A DNA stretch of 64,000 nucleotides, taken from an uncultured Gemmatimonadales bacterium. GTDB taxonomy: Bacteria > Gemmatimonadota > Gemmatimonadetes > Gemmatimonadales > Gemmatimonadaceae. The position numbers were made by a program, and so were the translations under genes. The notes below the pieces were generated by a model, which was given only the letters and a program-made list of their open reading frames with translations, was not told the DNA's origin and searched no databases. The stretch covers positions 192,001-256,000 of the forward strand of contig CAWBZV010000012.1 in the NCBI GenBank assembly GCA_963793305.1. The letters run 5' to 3'. This document shows, piece after piece, positions 39,617-50,330 of the stretch; within the stretch, counting starts at the first letter, position 1; each line of letters begins with the position of its first letter.

Positions 39617-41629
39617 GAACGTCTTGAGCTCCTCCACGAGCGTCGTCGCCGGATTGCCGTTCTTGGCGACGACGCCTTGGGCGGACGCGCGCAGCCGGGT
39701 GAACTCGTCGACGCTCAAATCTTTCGCCGTCCAGACAATGACGGGAATGCGCCGGCATCGGGGCAGTTGCCGGAACTGTTCGAGGAACTGAAATCCGTCC
39801 ATCTCGGGCATCATGAGATCGAGCACGACCGCGTCCGGCGGGTGCTCGCGCGCGCGCTCCAGCCCGATCGCTCCGCTCGCCACGCAGTTGGCGACGTAGC
39901 CGAGCTGCCCGAGCGTCGCGGCCATGAGTTGTCGGGAGCCGGGGTCATCATCGACGACCAGCACGTTGCTGCCCACCGAGCCCACCCCGGCCCGTTCCAG
40001 CGAGCCGACGAGCGCCGATGGATCGAATGGTTTGGTGAGGAAGTCGTGGACCGCGAATCCCGCGACGGCGCCGTGCACGGCGACGACGGTGATCACGATG
40101 ATCGGCACGTCGCGATTGGCGACCTCCGATCGAATCGCCCGGAGCACATCGAGCCCATTCATGTCGGGCAGCAAGAGGTCGAGCGTGATCGCGTCGAACG
40201 TCTGCTGTCGCGCCTTGGCGAGCGCTTGCGCGCCGGTGGCCGCGGTTTCGACGGCGTACCCGGCCTTGGTCAGCGTGTCGACGAGCACGCCTTGGTCATT
40301 CGCGTCGTCCTCGACGACGAGGATTTTTCGCGCGACGGCGGTCGGCCCCGGAATCGAGAGTGCCGTGGCGCTGCTCGGAATGCCCTTGCTGTGACGCGGC
40401 AGCACGGCGTAGAAGGTCGTCCCGCGACCGAGCGTGCTCCGGACGCCAACCTCGCCGCCCTGGGCCTCGACGAGTCGCTTCGTGAGCGCGAGCCCGAGTC
40501 CCGTGCCAGGTTGTCGTCTGCCTTTGGTCTCGAGCTGCTCGAACCTCGTGAAGAGCCGGCCGACAAGCTCGTCGGGAATACCCGGCCCCGTGTCTTCGAC
40601 CTCCGTTTTGAACTCAGCACCCTGATCGAGTACCCGGATGGTGATCCGGCCGCCCTCCGGCGTGAACTTGAGCGCGTTCGACAAGTAATTGTAGAGCACC
40701 TGCTTGAACCGCCCGGCATCGAGCACGACGTCGGTGACGCGGGGATCGACGTGCGTCTCGACGCTCAAGTGCTTGGTCTCGATCGTGGTGCGCAGGATCC
40801 CGAGGACCTCGGCGATCAACGCCGACAGATCGACGGGCTCGACATGGAACTCCATTTTGCCGGCTTCGACCTTCGACAGATCGAGCACGTCGTTAATGAG
40901 CTGCAGCAGATGCCGGGCGCTGGTGAGCACGTCGCCCAAGTACTCCTTATGCTCGGGCGTCGCGGGATCGACCTTGCCGTCGTAGAGGATCTGCGTAAAT
41001 CCGATGATGGCGTTGAGCGGCGTCCGAAGCTCGTGCGACATCGCGGCCAAAAATTCGCTTTTGAGCCGCGTCGCTTCCTCGACGCGAATCTTCTCGACAT
41101 CCGCCAACCGCAGCTCTTCGACCAACGTCTCGGCCGCGAGCCGCGCTTCGTTCGCATCGGCCACGGCGCTGGCGCTCTCCATCGCATACCGCGCCACGAT
41201 CGCATTGACCAGGATGGCGAATACAGCGGCAATCGCGCCGCCGAGCACGACCACCCAGAGCGTGATGGCCCGCCACCGGGCGACGTCCGCCTCCCGCTCG
41301 CCTAAGAGCCGGCGCTCTTCCGTGTCGATGGCCGTGAGGATGGCGCGTGCGGAGTCCGGCGACGGCCGGGCCGCCAGCGCGTCCAGATTCCGCTGCTGCG
41401 CGATGTTGTCCGCCGTGAGCGGGCGCAGCGCCGCAAGCGCCGGCCCCGGGTCGGCGCCGGCATTGACGGCGGCGAGGGCGCGGGCCGCTGTCTCCCTCAC
41501 CTCGATCGTGTGGGCGACCCACCGATCGGCGTCCGCGGATTGCCGAACGTCCGCGACGGTCACAATGCCGACCGCGACAATGACCGCGGCCGGTCCGAAG
41601 ACAGCGGCTAAACGATAACGCCGGACCAC
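39605..41629 (-). CDS. Hybrid histidine kinase (short CHASE3-like)-HisKA-HATPase-REC-REC
   Basis: WVAHT.EV, KSEFLAAMSHELRTPLN, GTGLGL, two receiver domains. Confidence 0.92.
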   Translation of the reverse strand: MVRRYRLAAVFGPAAVIVAVGIVTVADVRQSADADRWVAHTIEVRETAARALAAVNAGADPGPALAALRPLTADNIAQQRNLDALAARPSPDSARAILTAIDTEERRLLGEREADVARWRAITLWVVVLGGAIAAVFAILVNAIVARYAMESASAVADANEARLAAETLVEELRLADVEKIRVEEATRLKSEFLAAMSHELRTPLNAIIGFTQILYDGKVDPATPEHKEYLGDVLTSARHLLQLINDVLDLSKVEAGKMEFHVEPVDLSALIAEVLGILRTTIETKHLSVETHVDPRVTDVVLDAGRFKQVLYNYLSNALKFTPEGGRITIRVLDQGAEFKTEVEDTGPGIPDELVGRLFTRFEQLETKGRRQPGTGLGLALTKRLVEAQGGEVGVRSTLGRGTTFYAVLPRHSKGIPSSATALSIPGPTAVARKILVVEDDANDQGVLVDTLTKAGYAVETAATGAQALAKARQQTFDAITLDLLLPDMNGLDVLRAIRSEVANRDVPIIVITVVAVHGAVAGFAVHDFLTKPFDPSALVGSLERAGVGSVGSNVLVVDDDPGSRQLMAATLGQLGYVANCVASGAIGLERAREHPPDAVVLDLMMPEMDGFQFLEQFRQLPRCRRIPVIVWTAKDLSVDEFTRLRASAQGVVAKNGNPATTLVEELKTFLPV

Positions 41630-41670
41630 GGACGGCGAGTTTACTCTAGGTCGCCCTCCGGATCAACAGT

Positions 41671-42429
41671 TTAAACGAGCATCTTCCGAATTTCGGCCTG
41701 ATGATACCGGCTGGAGATGAGTCGCGCGCCGCTCCGGAGGTGCAGCACGAACATCCCCTTTGCATACCGCTCGACCGTCACGATCGCCTGTGGGTTGACG
41801 AGCGCCGACCGGCGCACTCTCACAAACGTCCCGCCGACGCGCTCGGCCATGCGGTTCATCGTCGTCCGCAAGAGATAGTTCCGCGTTCCGGCGTGAACGC
41901 GGACGTAGTTGCCCGAGGCCTCGATCCACTCGACCGTACGCACGTCGACGAACGAGAGTCGATCGCCATCGTGCACGACCAGCCGATCAACGGGTTTGCG
42001 GGTGGCGGCTAGAGGCGCCAACGTCGCCAACAGCTGCTCCAACCGCTCGGCGAGCGACGCGCCTTGTTCCAGCGACCGCTGACGCGTGGCTTTCTCGAGC
42101 GCGTCGCGCAGACGGTCAGGGTCGACGGGCTTGAGGACAAAGTCGATGGCGTTGACCTCAAACGCGCGCAGTGCGTGTTGATCATAGGCCGTCACGAAGA
42201 TGACGAGTGGCATCGCCTCGACACCGATCTGCTCGATGACCTCGAACGCCGTCGCGCGGCCGAGTTGGACATCGAGCAAGACGACGTCGGGTTGCTGCTC
42301 GACGATGGCGGCGACTGCCTCATCGCGACCACTGGCCTCGCCCGCGCACGCGAATCCCGGCAGACGCTCGATCTCGCTCCTGAGCCCGCGTCTCGCCAAC
42401 GGCTCGTCATCGACAATCAGGACTCTCAT
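41671..42429 (-). CDS. LytTR-family response regulator
   Basis: VDDEPLAR, FVTAYD, WIEASGNYV, FVRVRRSALVN. Confidence 0.95.
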   Translation of the reverse strand: MRVLIVDDEPLARRGLRSEIERLPGFACAGEASGRDEAVAAIVEQQPDVVLLDVQLGRATAFEVIEQIGVEAMPLVIFVTAYDQHALRAFEVNAIDFVLKPVDPDRLRDALEKATRQRSLEQGASLAERLEQLLATLAPLAATRKPVDRLVVHDGDRLSFVDVRTVEWIEASGNYVRVHAGTRNYLLRTTMNRMAERVGGTFVRVRRSALVNPQAIVTVERYAKGMFVLHLRSGARLISSRYHQAEIRKMLV

Positions 42430-43442
42430 GTTGCGTACGGCATGCGGATATCGACGCGCGTGCCCGAGCCATCGGCGTGCCGCAGGTCCAGCGTGGCATC
42501 GCCATAGAGGGTGCGCAAACGCTGACGCGTGTTGCGCAACCCCACGCCTTCCGGCGCGTTGCTCGGCCCGGGACCTCGATCCTCCACGGTCAGACAGAGA
42601 CGGCCGTTGTCGCGCGCAGCGCGAACGAAAATAGTTGCCGTTCCGTTATCGTCCGACGCGCCGTGCTTGATGGCATTTTCGACGATGGGCTGCAGCAGCA
42701 AGACGGGGACTCGCGCGTTCACGACCTCCGGGTCGATCGCGAGTGTGACCGACAGGCGGTCGCCGAATCGCATGCGCTGGATGTCGAGATATTCGTTCAA
42801 GAAGGCGAGCTCTCGATGCAACGGGACTTCGTGATGCTCTTCGTCGAGACTCCGCCGCAGCAGCGAGCCGAGTCGCACGACCATGTGCCGCGCTTTGTCC
42901 GCGTCCTCGGCGGTCAGTACCGAGATGGCATTCAGCGTGTTGAACAGGAAGTGCGGCCGGAGTTGCGATCGCAGCGCGTCGAGTCGCGCCCGAGTCAGGT
43001 CGGCTTCGAGGGCGGTGCTGCGCGCCCGGTACTGGAGCGCGGTGTACACGCCAACCACCACCCAATAGAAGAACGCACCCATGAACGCGCCCCACACGAG
43101 GTTCGGCACGGTGCGCTGGATCCAAGCCCCAGGTTCCGGTGGTCGAACGAACACGAAGTGCAGCCCGAATGCGAGGATCGTCTCCAGGGGCGCGAGTACG
43201 GCGGCAACGCCAACGTGCGCGAGGATCGATGGATAGATCGGCTTGGCATCGAGCGGCCATCGCTTGAGCGCGGCCAGAACGACAGGCGACAGGGCGGCCC
43301 AGACAAACCAGAAGAGAAATTCTTGAACGACGTTCCACTCGACGTTGATGGGCTGACCGGCGCTCAACGTCATGAGGATCGTCTGCGCGGTGAAGAACGT
43401 GCCGACACCGAGTGACAGCGCGGCAATCCGCGACGTCCGCAT
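42426..43442 (-). CDS. LytS-type sensor histidine kinase
   Basis: Four TM; SQLRPHFLFNTLNAI, LLQPIVENAIKHG, GVGLRN. Confidence 0.93.
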   Translation of the reverse strand: MRTSRIAALSLGVGTFFTAQTILMTLSAGQPINVEWNVVQEFLFWFVWAALSPVVLAALKRWPLDAKPIYPSILAHVGVAAVLAPLETILAFGLHFVFVRPPEPGAWIQRTVPNLVWGAFMGAFFYWVVVGVYTALQYRARSTALEADLTRARLDALRSQLRPHFLFNTLNAISVLTAEDADKARHMVVRLGSLLRRSLDEEHHEVPLHRELAFLNEYLDIQRMRFGDRLSVTLAIDPEVVNARVPVLLLQPIVENAIKHGASDDNGTATIFVRAARDNGRLCLTVEDRGPGPSNAPEGVGLRNTRQRLRTLYGDATLDLRHADGSGTRVDIRMPYAT

Positions 43443-43490
43443 GTCTCTATCATGCGTCCCGGGTGCGCGGACGGCAACAGCACGTTGGGC

Positions 43491-43519
43491 CCACTCATCA
43501 CGCCAGCGGAACCACTCGC
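43491..43519 (+). promoter_or_regulatory. LytTR-type direct repeat (21-bp period)
   Basis: CCACTCAT at 43491 and CCACTCGC at 43512, between the LytS gene and the MBL gene. Confidence 0.6.
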
Positions 43520-43565
43520 GTCAGGCGCGTTGTTCGCGCCCGCCAATCGACGCTACGTGAGCGCC

Positions 43566-44399
43566 ATGCTCCTACAAGCACTCGCCGCCGGGGCGCTCCA
43601 CATCGCGCAATTCCCGGCCAACGACACGATGGCGTACAACGTCAACTCCGAGCTGATCGTCGGTCGCACCGAGGCGATCCTCGTCGATGCGGGTTTGCGG
43701 CGGAGCGACGCCGAGAAAGAAGCCGCGGCCGTCGCGGCCATGGGGACGCATCTCAAGGCGATCTTCATCACGCATCCCGACGAAGATCATTACTTCGGTG
43801 TCGCGTCGTTCGTGGAAAAATTTCCAGGCACACCGGTTTATATGACGGCCGCGGCGATCGAGGAGTTCAAGAAGAGCGGACCCAAGTTCTTCGCCGGCGC
43901 GAAGAAAGGGATGCCGCAGGAAGCGCCGGATAGCCTCGTGACGCCCTCGGTGTTGCCGAGCACGACGCTGACCGTCGACGGGCAGCGGATCGAGATCCAC
44001 CCGGATGAGCAAGGCGATGTGCTCCGACCCACCAACAGCTTTATTTGGATTCCATCGTTGCATACGGTTCTCGCCGGCGACATTGTCTTCAATCACGTTC
44101 ATCCGTGGCTGGCGGCGTCCGACGCCAAGTCACGCGTCCGCTGGCATCAATCACTCGCGCGCATCGCGGCGCTGCACCCAACGACCGTCATTGCCGGCCA
44201 CAAGAGTCCGGATGCGACAGACAGCCCGGATGTGGTCCAGACGATGGACCAATACCTGACCGATTTCGAGGCCGCCCGCGCGTCATCACCCGACGCCAAG
44301 GCGCTGGTCGCCTCGATGGAGCAGAAGTACCCAAATTGGACGGTGCCGCTGCTGCTCCGGTACTCGGCGCAGGTGTCCTACACGCCGTCTACCGACTGA
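43566..44399 (+). CDS. MBL-fold metallo-hydrolase
   Basis: LVDAG, THPDEDHYFG (variant HxHxDH), AGDIVFN, IAGH. Confidence 0.88.
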   Translation: MLLQALAAGALHIAQFPANDTMAYNVNSELIVGRTEAILVDAGLRRSDAEKEAAAVAAMGTHLKAIFITHPDEDHYFGVASFVEKFPGTPVYMTAAAIEEFKKSGPKFFAGAKKGMPQEAPDSLVTPSVLPSTTLTVDGQRIEIHPDEQGDVLRPTNSFIWIPSLHTVLAGDIVFNHVHPWLAASDAKSRVRWHQSLARIAALHPTTVIAGHKSPDATDSPDVVQTMDQYLTDFEAARASSPDAKALVASMEQKYPNWTVPLLLRYSAQVSYTPSTD

Positions 44400-45453
44400 G
44401 CGCCTCGAACCGGCCGCGGTGGGCTTTGAGAAACACGAAGCTGCGGCCGGTCGGATCTCCCGTCGCCGCAAACGCCACCGGGCCGGTCACGCCTTCGACG
44501 GCCCGTTGGACGGTCAAGCCGTGCAGATACTCGCGAATCGTGCCGCGGTTCGTGCCCACGGCGCGAATCGCGCGCACGACCAGCATGGTCGCATCGTAGG
44601 CGAGCGCCGCGTCGCCGTCGGGCGTGCGGTGAAATTTGGCCTGAAACGCTTGCACGAACGCTTGCACCTGGGGCCGATCGATCTTCGTATCGAAGGGTGT
44701 CCCGAGATAGATCCCCTCGGACAACGCGCTATCGGCCACGGCGCTCGACCACGAGCTCCCGCCGATGCTTAAGAATGTCAGCGGCACGCGCTGCCGCCGG
44801 ACCTCTTTGAGCAGTGCGATCGCCGGATCCTGCGTGGTCGCGGCGAACACCAGGTCGGCCGTGTTGCGCTTGAGGTAGGCCGTGTACGCCTCGAACAACG
44901 TCGCGCTGTCGCCGCTGATCGGCTCGAACGCCACCAGCGTCCCCGTGAACTGCCGGCGAAACGCGTTGGCGAGCCCGCGGCCGTAGGACGTGTTCTCATA
45001 GATCACCGCCGCCCGGCGAACACCCCGGGTCTCCGCGAACCGCGCGAAGTCCGCCCCATTCGTCGAGTCGCTGGAGATCACCCGGAAGACCCAGGGCGAC
45101 ACGCCCGTGAGCCACGGCGAGCTGGCGGTCGTCGCCACCGAGACCAGGTGTCCGTCGTACACATTGGCGGCCGCCAGCTGCGCGGCGGAGCTCATGTGCC
45201 CCACGACCGCGGCGACGGAGGGGTTGTCGACGAAACTCTGCGCGCAGGCGACCGCTTTGGCCTCTTCCCCATTCTCGTCACACGAAATAATGTGGACCGA
45301 GTCGCCGGCCGCGAGTTGAACCCCCTGGAGGTTCATGAGTCCGTACGGCTGGTATAACGGACCCGCAACGCCAATGGTGATCGCAGTATGACCGAACCGG
45401 TCACACCCCGATCCCAGAACGAGAGCCATGACCGCCAGAGAGCGTAGTGCCAC
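44389..45453 (-). CDS. Branched-chain amino acid ABC substrate-binding lipoprotein (orphan)
   Basis: IGVAGPL, AVVGHMSS, FRVISSD, YGRGLA, LAYDA, GVTG.V.F; start uncertain (45453 GTG or 45429 ATG). Confidence 0.85.
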   Translation of the reverse strand: MALRSLAVMALVLGSGCDRFGHTAITIGVAGPLYQPYGLMNLQGVQLAAGDSVHIISCDENGEEAKAVACAQSFVDNPSVAAVVGHMSSAAQLAAANVYDGHLVSVATTASSPWLTGVSPWVFRVISSDSTNGADFARFAETRGVRRAAVIYENTSYGRGLANAFRRQFTGTLVAFEPISGDSATLFEAYTAYLKRNTADLVFAATTQDPAIALLKEVRRQRVPLTFLSIGGSSWSSAVADSALSEGIYLGTPFDTKIDRPQVQAFVQAFQAKFHRTPDGDAALAYDATMLVVRAIRAVGTNRGTIREYLHGLTVQRAVEGVTGPVAFAATGDPTGRSFVFLKAHRGRFEALSR

Positions 45454-46987
45454 GCGAACGAGTGACGAGCGCCTGTCAGTACGGTCACTCCTGCTCGTTA
45501 CAATCGGCCTCGCCGCATGCGCAGGCGGCAACGGCGTCGCGCCGCGCGGCCTGTCGATCGTGCTCGGAGCCGGCCAGACTGACACGGTCCTGTCCGTGCT
45601 GCCGGAGGAGCTCGTGGTGGCACTGCACGAGCCTGGGGCCGCTGGTCAGATCGTCCAGTTCCAGTCGACGACCGATACGGGGTCTGGCTGCTGTGAATAC
45701 TTTGCCTATCTGCAGCTGACCGACACGACAAGCCTGTCACAATACCCCGGCGGTCCGGCGCCGCAAGTCGCCGTTACGACCGACGCGAATGGGGCGGCCA
45801 GAGTGTACGTGCGGCTCAACCAGTTCGCCCAGCGAGGGGCGATCATCGTGCGCGTGCCCGTGTTCGGCATCGTGGACACCGTGCCCGAGACGGCGACTCC
45901 GGGTGCACCGATCCGCATACAAAAGCAAAATGACACCGCCGTGGTGGTGGGAGCGACCGATACGCTGCATGCGCTCGTGTACGACCAGTACGACAATCTG
46001 CGCCCCAACGACACGGTCACGTTTCACATGATCCGTGGACCGATCACGCTCTCGGGCGCCGCCGTGACCGGCACCGGGCTCGGCCTGGCGGCCGTCAGCG
46101 CCACGGCGCGTGGCGCGCCCCCCGACACCACGAAAATATCGGTCGTGCCTCAGGGCACGATTGCGTTTGGCAGCGACACCGGCATCGTGGTCTCGAACCT
46201 CGATGGCAGTCAGGCCCGCGTGTTGCCCGTCCAGAATGTCGGCAACGTCCGATGGTCGCCGGATGGAAAGACCATCGTCTACGATCAGGGCAGCCGCGGA
46301 TTCAGCACTGGCAGCGCCGCTTTGTACGCCGTCACCATCAGTGACGGGACCACGACGACGATCGATAGCGGTGCGATCGGCCACTACTGGCCGCAGTTCT
46401 CTCGCGATGGCACGTGGCTCTACTGGACGGATATCAGCGGTTACTCGTCGGTCCTTTGGCGCGCGCATCCCGATGGCACCATGAAGGACTCGATCGCGGG
46501 GACGGATGGGAGTTGGACTTCGAGTCCATCGAGCGATGGCTCGCAACTGGTATACTCGGATCTGGCCTATTCCGCGCTGCACGTTTTTACGTTGGCCACG
46601 AGCGCCGAGACCGCGTTTCCGGTGCACGGGTTTGCCCCACGATGGGCGCCGAACAGCGCCTCCATTGCGTACCTGGCGATCAGCCAGGGTGGTGGTGGCC
46701 CCATCGACATCATTCAGGCCGATGGCTCCGGCAATCGTGTCGTCAAAACCAACCAGTACGACTTTGGCCTCGATTGGTCGCCGGACGGGCAGTGGCTCAT
46801 CTCCCAGAGCGACTCGACGACCATGTTCGACATCATAAATGTCAATACGGGCATGACATTGCCCCTTCCGTTTACAAACAGCAACAACTGGAGCCCTTCC
46901 TGGGGACCGACGGGCGCGTATCCTATATCCCATGCTGATCCTATGGCCACTCGCGCTCGCCCTCGCGGCGCACCCCATCGGCGGTGA
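45428..46987 (+). CDS. Lipoprotein with Ig-like domains and PD40/TolB-like propeller
   Basis: Lipobox GLAAC; TTDANGAA; WSPDG, FSRDG, WAPN repeats; start uncertain. Confidence 0.75.
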   Translation: MTARERSATRTSDERLSVRSLLLVTIGLAACAGGNGVAPRGLSIVLGAGQTDTVLSVLPEELVVALHEPGAAGQIVQFQSTTDTGSGCCEYFAYLQLTDTTSLSQYPGGPAPQVAVTTDANGAARVYVRLNQFAQRGAIIVRVPVFGIVDTVPETATPGAPIRIQKQNDTAVVVGATDTLHALVYDQYDNLRPNDTVTFHMIRGPITLSGAAVTGTGLGLAAVSATARGAPPDTTKISVVPQGTIAFGSDTGIVVSNLDGSQARVLPVQNVGNVRWSPDGKTIVYDQGSRGFSTGSAALYAVTISDGTTTTIDSGAIGHYWPQFSRDGTWLYWTDISGYSSVLWRAHPDGTMKDSIAGTDGSWTSSPSSDGSQLVYSDLAYSALHVFTLATSAETAFPVHGFAPRWAPNSASIAYLAISQGGGGPIDIIQADGSGNRVVKTNQYDFGLDWSPDGQWLISQSDSTTMFDIINVNTGMTLPLPFTNSNNWSPSWGPTGAYPISHADPMATRARPRGAPHRR

Positions 46988-49900
46988 TTCCACCAAGAAA
47001 ACCGCCCCGGAAACCAGCCTCCCGATCCTCCCGACCCGCCACACGAAATTCACGACCGACGAGGGAACGTGGATGTCCCTCGACGTGTCACCAGACGGGA
47101 AGTCGGTAGTATTCGACCTCGTCGGCGACCTGTACACGGTGCCGATCACGGGCGGCACGGCGACGCGCATCACGTCGGGCATGGGCTTCGACGGACAGCC
47201 CCGGTTCTCGCCCGATGGCAAGTCCGTCGTGTACGTCACGGATCGGACGGGCTATGAAAATCTGTGGCTCGTCGATGCTGACGGACACAATCCGCGCTCG
47301 CTCACGAGCGACAAAGACGCCCAGTACATCTCGCCCGCTTGGACGCCCGACGGCCAGTATCTCGTCGTCTCGCGCAACAAGACGGGCATTCTGGGCAGCA
47401 AATACGACCTCGTTCTGCTGAACGCCTCCGGCGGCAAGGGCATCGTGCTCACGACGCCACCAAAGGACGGCCCTCCGCCATCGCCGAACGCGCCGCCGCC
47501 CTACGATAACTACCTGGGCGCTGCCTTCGGCAAGGATCCGCGATACATCTACGCATCGGTCAAGCACGGACGATTCCAATACAACCAGATGCTGGCCGAT
47601 GCGTGGCAGGTCGCCGTCTATGACCGTGTCACCGGCAAGACGTTTGTCCGGACTACCAATATTGGCGGCGGGATACGACCCACGCTGTCACGCGATGGCC
47701 ACTGGCTCGCGTTCGCGTCCCGGCGTGACGGCGTCACGGGCCTCAAGCTGCGCGACCTCGAATCGGGCGACGAGATCTGGCTCGTCGATCATATCACGCG
47801 CGACGACATGGAGTCGCGCTACACGCGCGACATACTGCCCGGGTTTGCGTTCACGCCGGACTCGAAGGCCATCGTGATCTCGTACGGCGGCAAGATCTGG
47901 AAAGTCGATGTCGCGACGAAGGCGGCGACACCCGTCCCCTTCACCGCCGATGTCGATATCGAGATGGGGCCGCTCGTCAAGTTTGCGTATCCGATCGACG
48001 ACTCGGTGCTCACGGTTCGCCAGATCCGCGAGGCGCGACCCTCGCCTGATGGCAAGACGCTCGCGTTCACCGCGCTCGATCGGCTGTGGCTCACCGATCT
48101 CGGATGCACCACCTGCCGGCCACGCCGCGTGACCGATTTCGCGCTCGGCGAATACTCCCCGAGCTGGTCGCCCGACGGGAAATATCTGGCCTTTGTCACG
48201 TGGTCCGAAGACGGTGGAGATGTCTGGCGCATTCGCACCGACATCCCTAAGGCAAAGCCAGAGAAGCTGTCGCGTCATACCGCGTTCTATGAGAACCTGG
48301 CCTACGATCCCACCGGCCATCGCCTCGTCGTCGCCCGCGGTCCGCATCAGCAGCGCACCGAGCGCGAGAACGAGTTCTCGGGTCCTGGCCCCCAGGTCCT
48401 GGAGCTCGTGTGGCTCCCGGCGGCTGGCGGTGAGGCGACGGTGATCACGCCGTTGAATGCGTACGGCCAGCCACACTTTACTCGCGATACTACGCGCATC
48501 TTCTTCAACGATCCCAATGAGGGGCTCGTCTCCGTGCGGTGGGATGGCTCGGATCGCCGCGTGCATATCAAGGTCACGGGCTACGTCTCCAAGGGATTCG
48601 AGTTGGAGGACGAGCGCCAGCTCACCGAGCCGCAACCGCAGCCGGAACCGGCCGAAGACATCGTCATCTCGCCGGACTCGAGCCAGGCGATCGCGCTCGT
48701 GAATCGGAAGGTCTATCTCGTCGCCGTTCCTATCACGGGCGGCCAAACGCCTACGGTATCAGTCGAAAGCGCTGACGACGCTCCGGTCCCACTCCGGCGC
48801 CTCACGCGCGTGGGCGGTGACTTCCTCGGCTGGTCTCCCGATGGGAAATCGGTGTACTGGTCGCTGGGTCGGTCGTTTTTCACCTACGACCTCGCCGCCG
48901 CGACTGCCGCTGTCAACGATTCGACGACAAAGGCCAAGGGGGATACCAGCAAGAAGGCCGACACGGCCGCCATGCCGCACTACGCCTATACGGCCAAGCG
49001 GTTCGACATCACGATGGTCGCGCCGAAAGATCGCCCAAGTGGTTCCGTGGTATTGACCGGTGCCCGCATTGTCACGATGAAGGGCGACGAGATTATCCCG
49101 GAAGGCGACATCGTCGTCACAAATAATCGCATTGCCGCGATCGGCGCGTCCGGCAGCGTGACCGTGCCAGCCAACGCAAAGCGTATCGACGTGCACGGGA
49201 AGACGATCATTCCGGGCTACATCGACATTCACGCCCATATGTGGCCGACCTGGGGCGTCCACAAATCGCAGGTCTACGAATACCTCGCGAACCTGGCCTA
49301 TGGCGTGACGACCACGCGTGACCCGCAGACCAGCACGACGGATGTGCTCACGTATGGCGACCTCGTAGAGACGGGCGAGCTGATCGGCCCGCGGATCTTC
49401 ACGACGGGCCCTGGCGTGTTCTGGACAGACGAGGTGTCGAGCCAGGCCGACGCGCGCGAAGTGTTGACGCGCTACTCGGACTTCTACCAGACGCACACGC
49501 TCAAGCAGTACATGGTCGGCGACCGGATGCAACGCCAGTGGACGCTGATCGCCGCCAAGGAACAGGGCATTACCCCGACGCTCGAAGGTGGCCTCGACTT
49601 CCGGAAGAACATGACCGAGGCGATCGACGGCTACGCGGGCAGCGAGCACGCCTATGCGATCATGCCGTTGTACAAGGACATCGTCCAGCTCGTCGCGTCG
49701 AGCGGGATTACCTACACGCCGACGCTCCTTGTCGAGTACGGCGGGCCGTGGGCCGAGAACTATTGGTACGAGCACTACGACGTCCACGGTGACGCCAAGC
49801 TTCGGCGCTTCACGCCGCACGACGAGGTCGATCGTCGCACCTTGCGGCGATCAGGATGGTTCGCCGACAGCCAGTACAGTTTCCCCAATGTCGCCGCCCA

Positions 49901-50273
49901 AGCCGCGAAAATCGTCGCCGCCGGTGGCCGCGTCGGACTCGGCGGTCACGGTCAACTGCAGGGGCTCGGCGACCACTTCGAGCTCTGGTCGATCGCGAGC
50001 GGCGGCATGCCCCCGCACGACGTGCTGCGAGTCGGGACGATCTTCGGTGCTCAGGCGATCGGCATCGACAAAGACCTGGGATCCTTGGAGGTCGGGAAGC
50101 TGGCCGACCTGCAGGTGCTCGACAAGAATCCGCTCGACGACATCAAGAATACGAACACCATTCTCTACGTGATGAAGAATGGGCGCCTGTATGAGGGCGC
50201 GACGCTCAAGGAGATCTATCCGCGCGAGCGAGAGATTCCGCCCCTCTACTGGTGGAGGCCCGCCGAGCAGTAG
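46932..50273 (+). CDS. PD40-repeat plus amidohydrolase protein
   Basis: TDEGTWMSLDVSPDG; IPGYIDIHAH; GGHGQLQGLG; GSLEVGKLADL. Confidence 0.92.
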   Translation: MLILWPLALALAAHPIGGDSTKKTAPETSLPILPTRHTKFTTDEGTWMSLDVSPDGKSVVFDLVGDLYTVPITGGTATRITSGMGFDGQPRFSPDGKSVVYVTDRTGYENLWLVDADGHNPRSLTSDKDAQYISPAWTPDGQYLVVSRNKTGILGSKYDLVLLNASGGKGIVLTTPPKDGPPPSPNAPPPYDNYLGAAFGKDPRYIYASVKHGRFQYNQMLADAWQVAVYDRVTGKTFVRTTNIGGGIRPTLSRDGHWLAFASRRDGVTGLKLRDLESGDEIWLVDHITRDDMESRYTRDILPGFAFTPDSKAIVISYGGKIWKVDVATKAATPVPFTADVDIEMGPLVKFAYPIDDSVLTVRQIREARPSPDGKTLAFTALDRLWLTDLGCTTCRPRRVTDFALGEYSPSWSPDGKYLAFVTWSEDGGDVWRIRTDIPKAKPEKLSRHTAFYENLAYDPTGHRLVVARGPHQQRTERENEFSGPGPQVLELVWLPAAGGEATVITPLNAYGQPHFTRDTTRIFFNDPNEGLVSVRWDGSDRRVHIKVTGYVSKGFELEDERQLTEPQPQPEPAEDIVISPDSSQAIALVNRKVYLVAVPITGGQTPTVSVESADDAPVPLRRLTRVGGDFLGWSPDGKSVYWSLGRSFFTYDLAAATAAVNDSTTKAKGDTSKKADTAAMPHYAYTAKRFDITMVAPKDRPSGSVVLTGARIVTMKGDEIIPEGDIVVTNNRIAAIGASGSVTVPANAKRIDVHGKTIIPGYIDIHAHMWPTWGVHKSQVYEYLANLAYGVTTTRDPQTSTTDVLTYGDLVETGELIGPRIFTTGPGVFWTDEVSSQADAREVLTRYSDFYQTHTLKQYMVGDRMQRQWTLIAAKEQGITPTLEGGLDFRKNMTEAIDGYAGSEHAYAIMPLYKDIVQLVASSGITYTPTLLVEYGGPWAENYWYEHYDVHGDAKLRRFTPHDEVDRRTLRRSGWFADSQYSFPNVAAQAAKIVAAGGRVGLGGHGQLQGLGDHFELWSIASGGMPPHDVLRVGTIFGAQAIGIDKDLGSLEVGKLADLQVLDKNPLDDIKNTNTILYVMKNGRLYEGATLKEIYPREREIPPLYWWRPAEQ

Positions 50274-50277
50274 AAGA

Positions 50278-50325
50278 TGACGGGTCGGTGCATAGTGTAC
50301 GCACGCCATACACCGACCCCCGTCA
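50278..50325. terminator. Hairpin between convergent genes
   Basis: TGACGGGTCGGTG ... CACCGACCCCCGTCA. Confidence 0.55.
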
Positions 50326-50330
50326 AGCCA

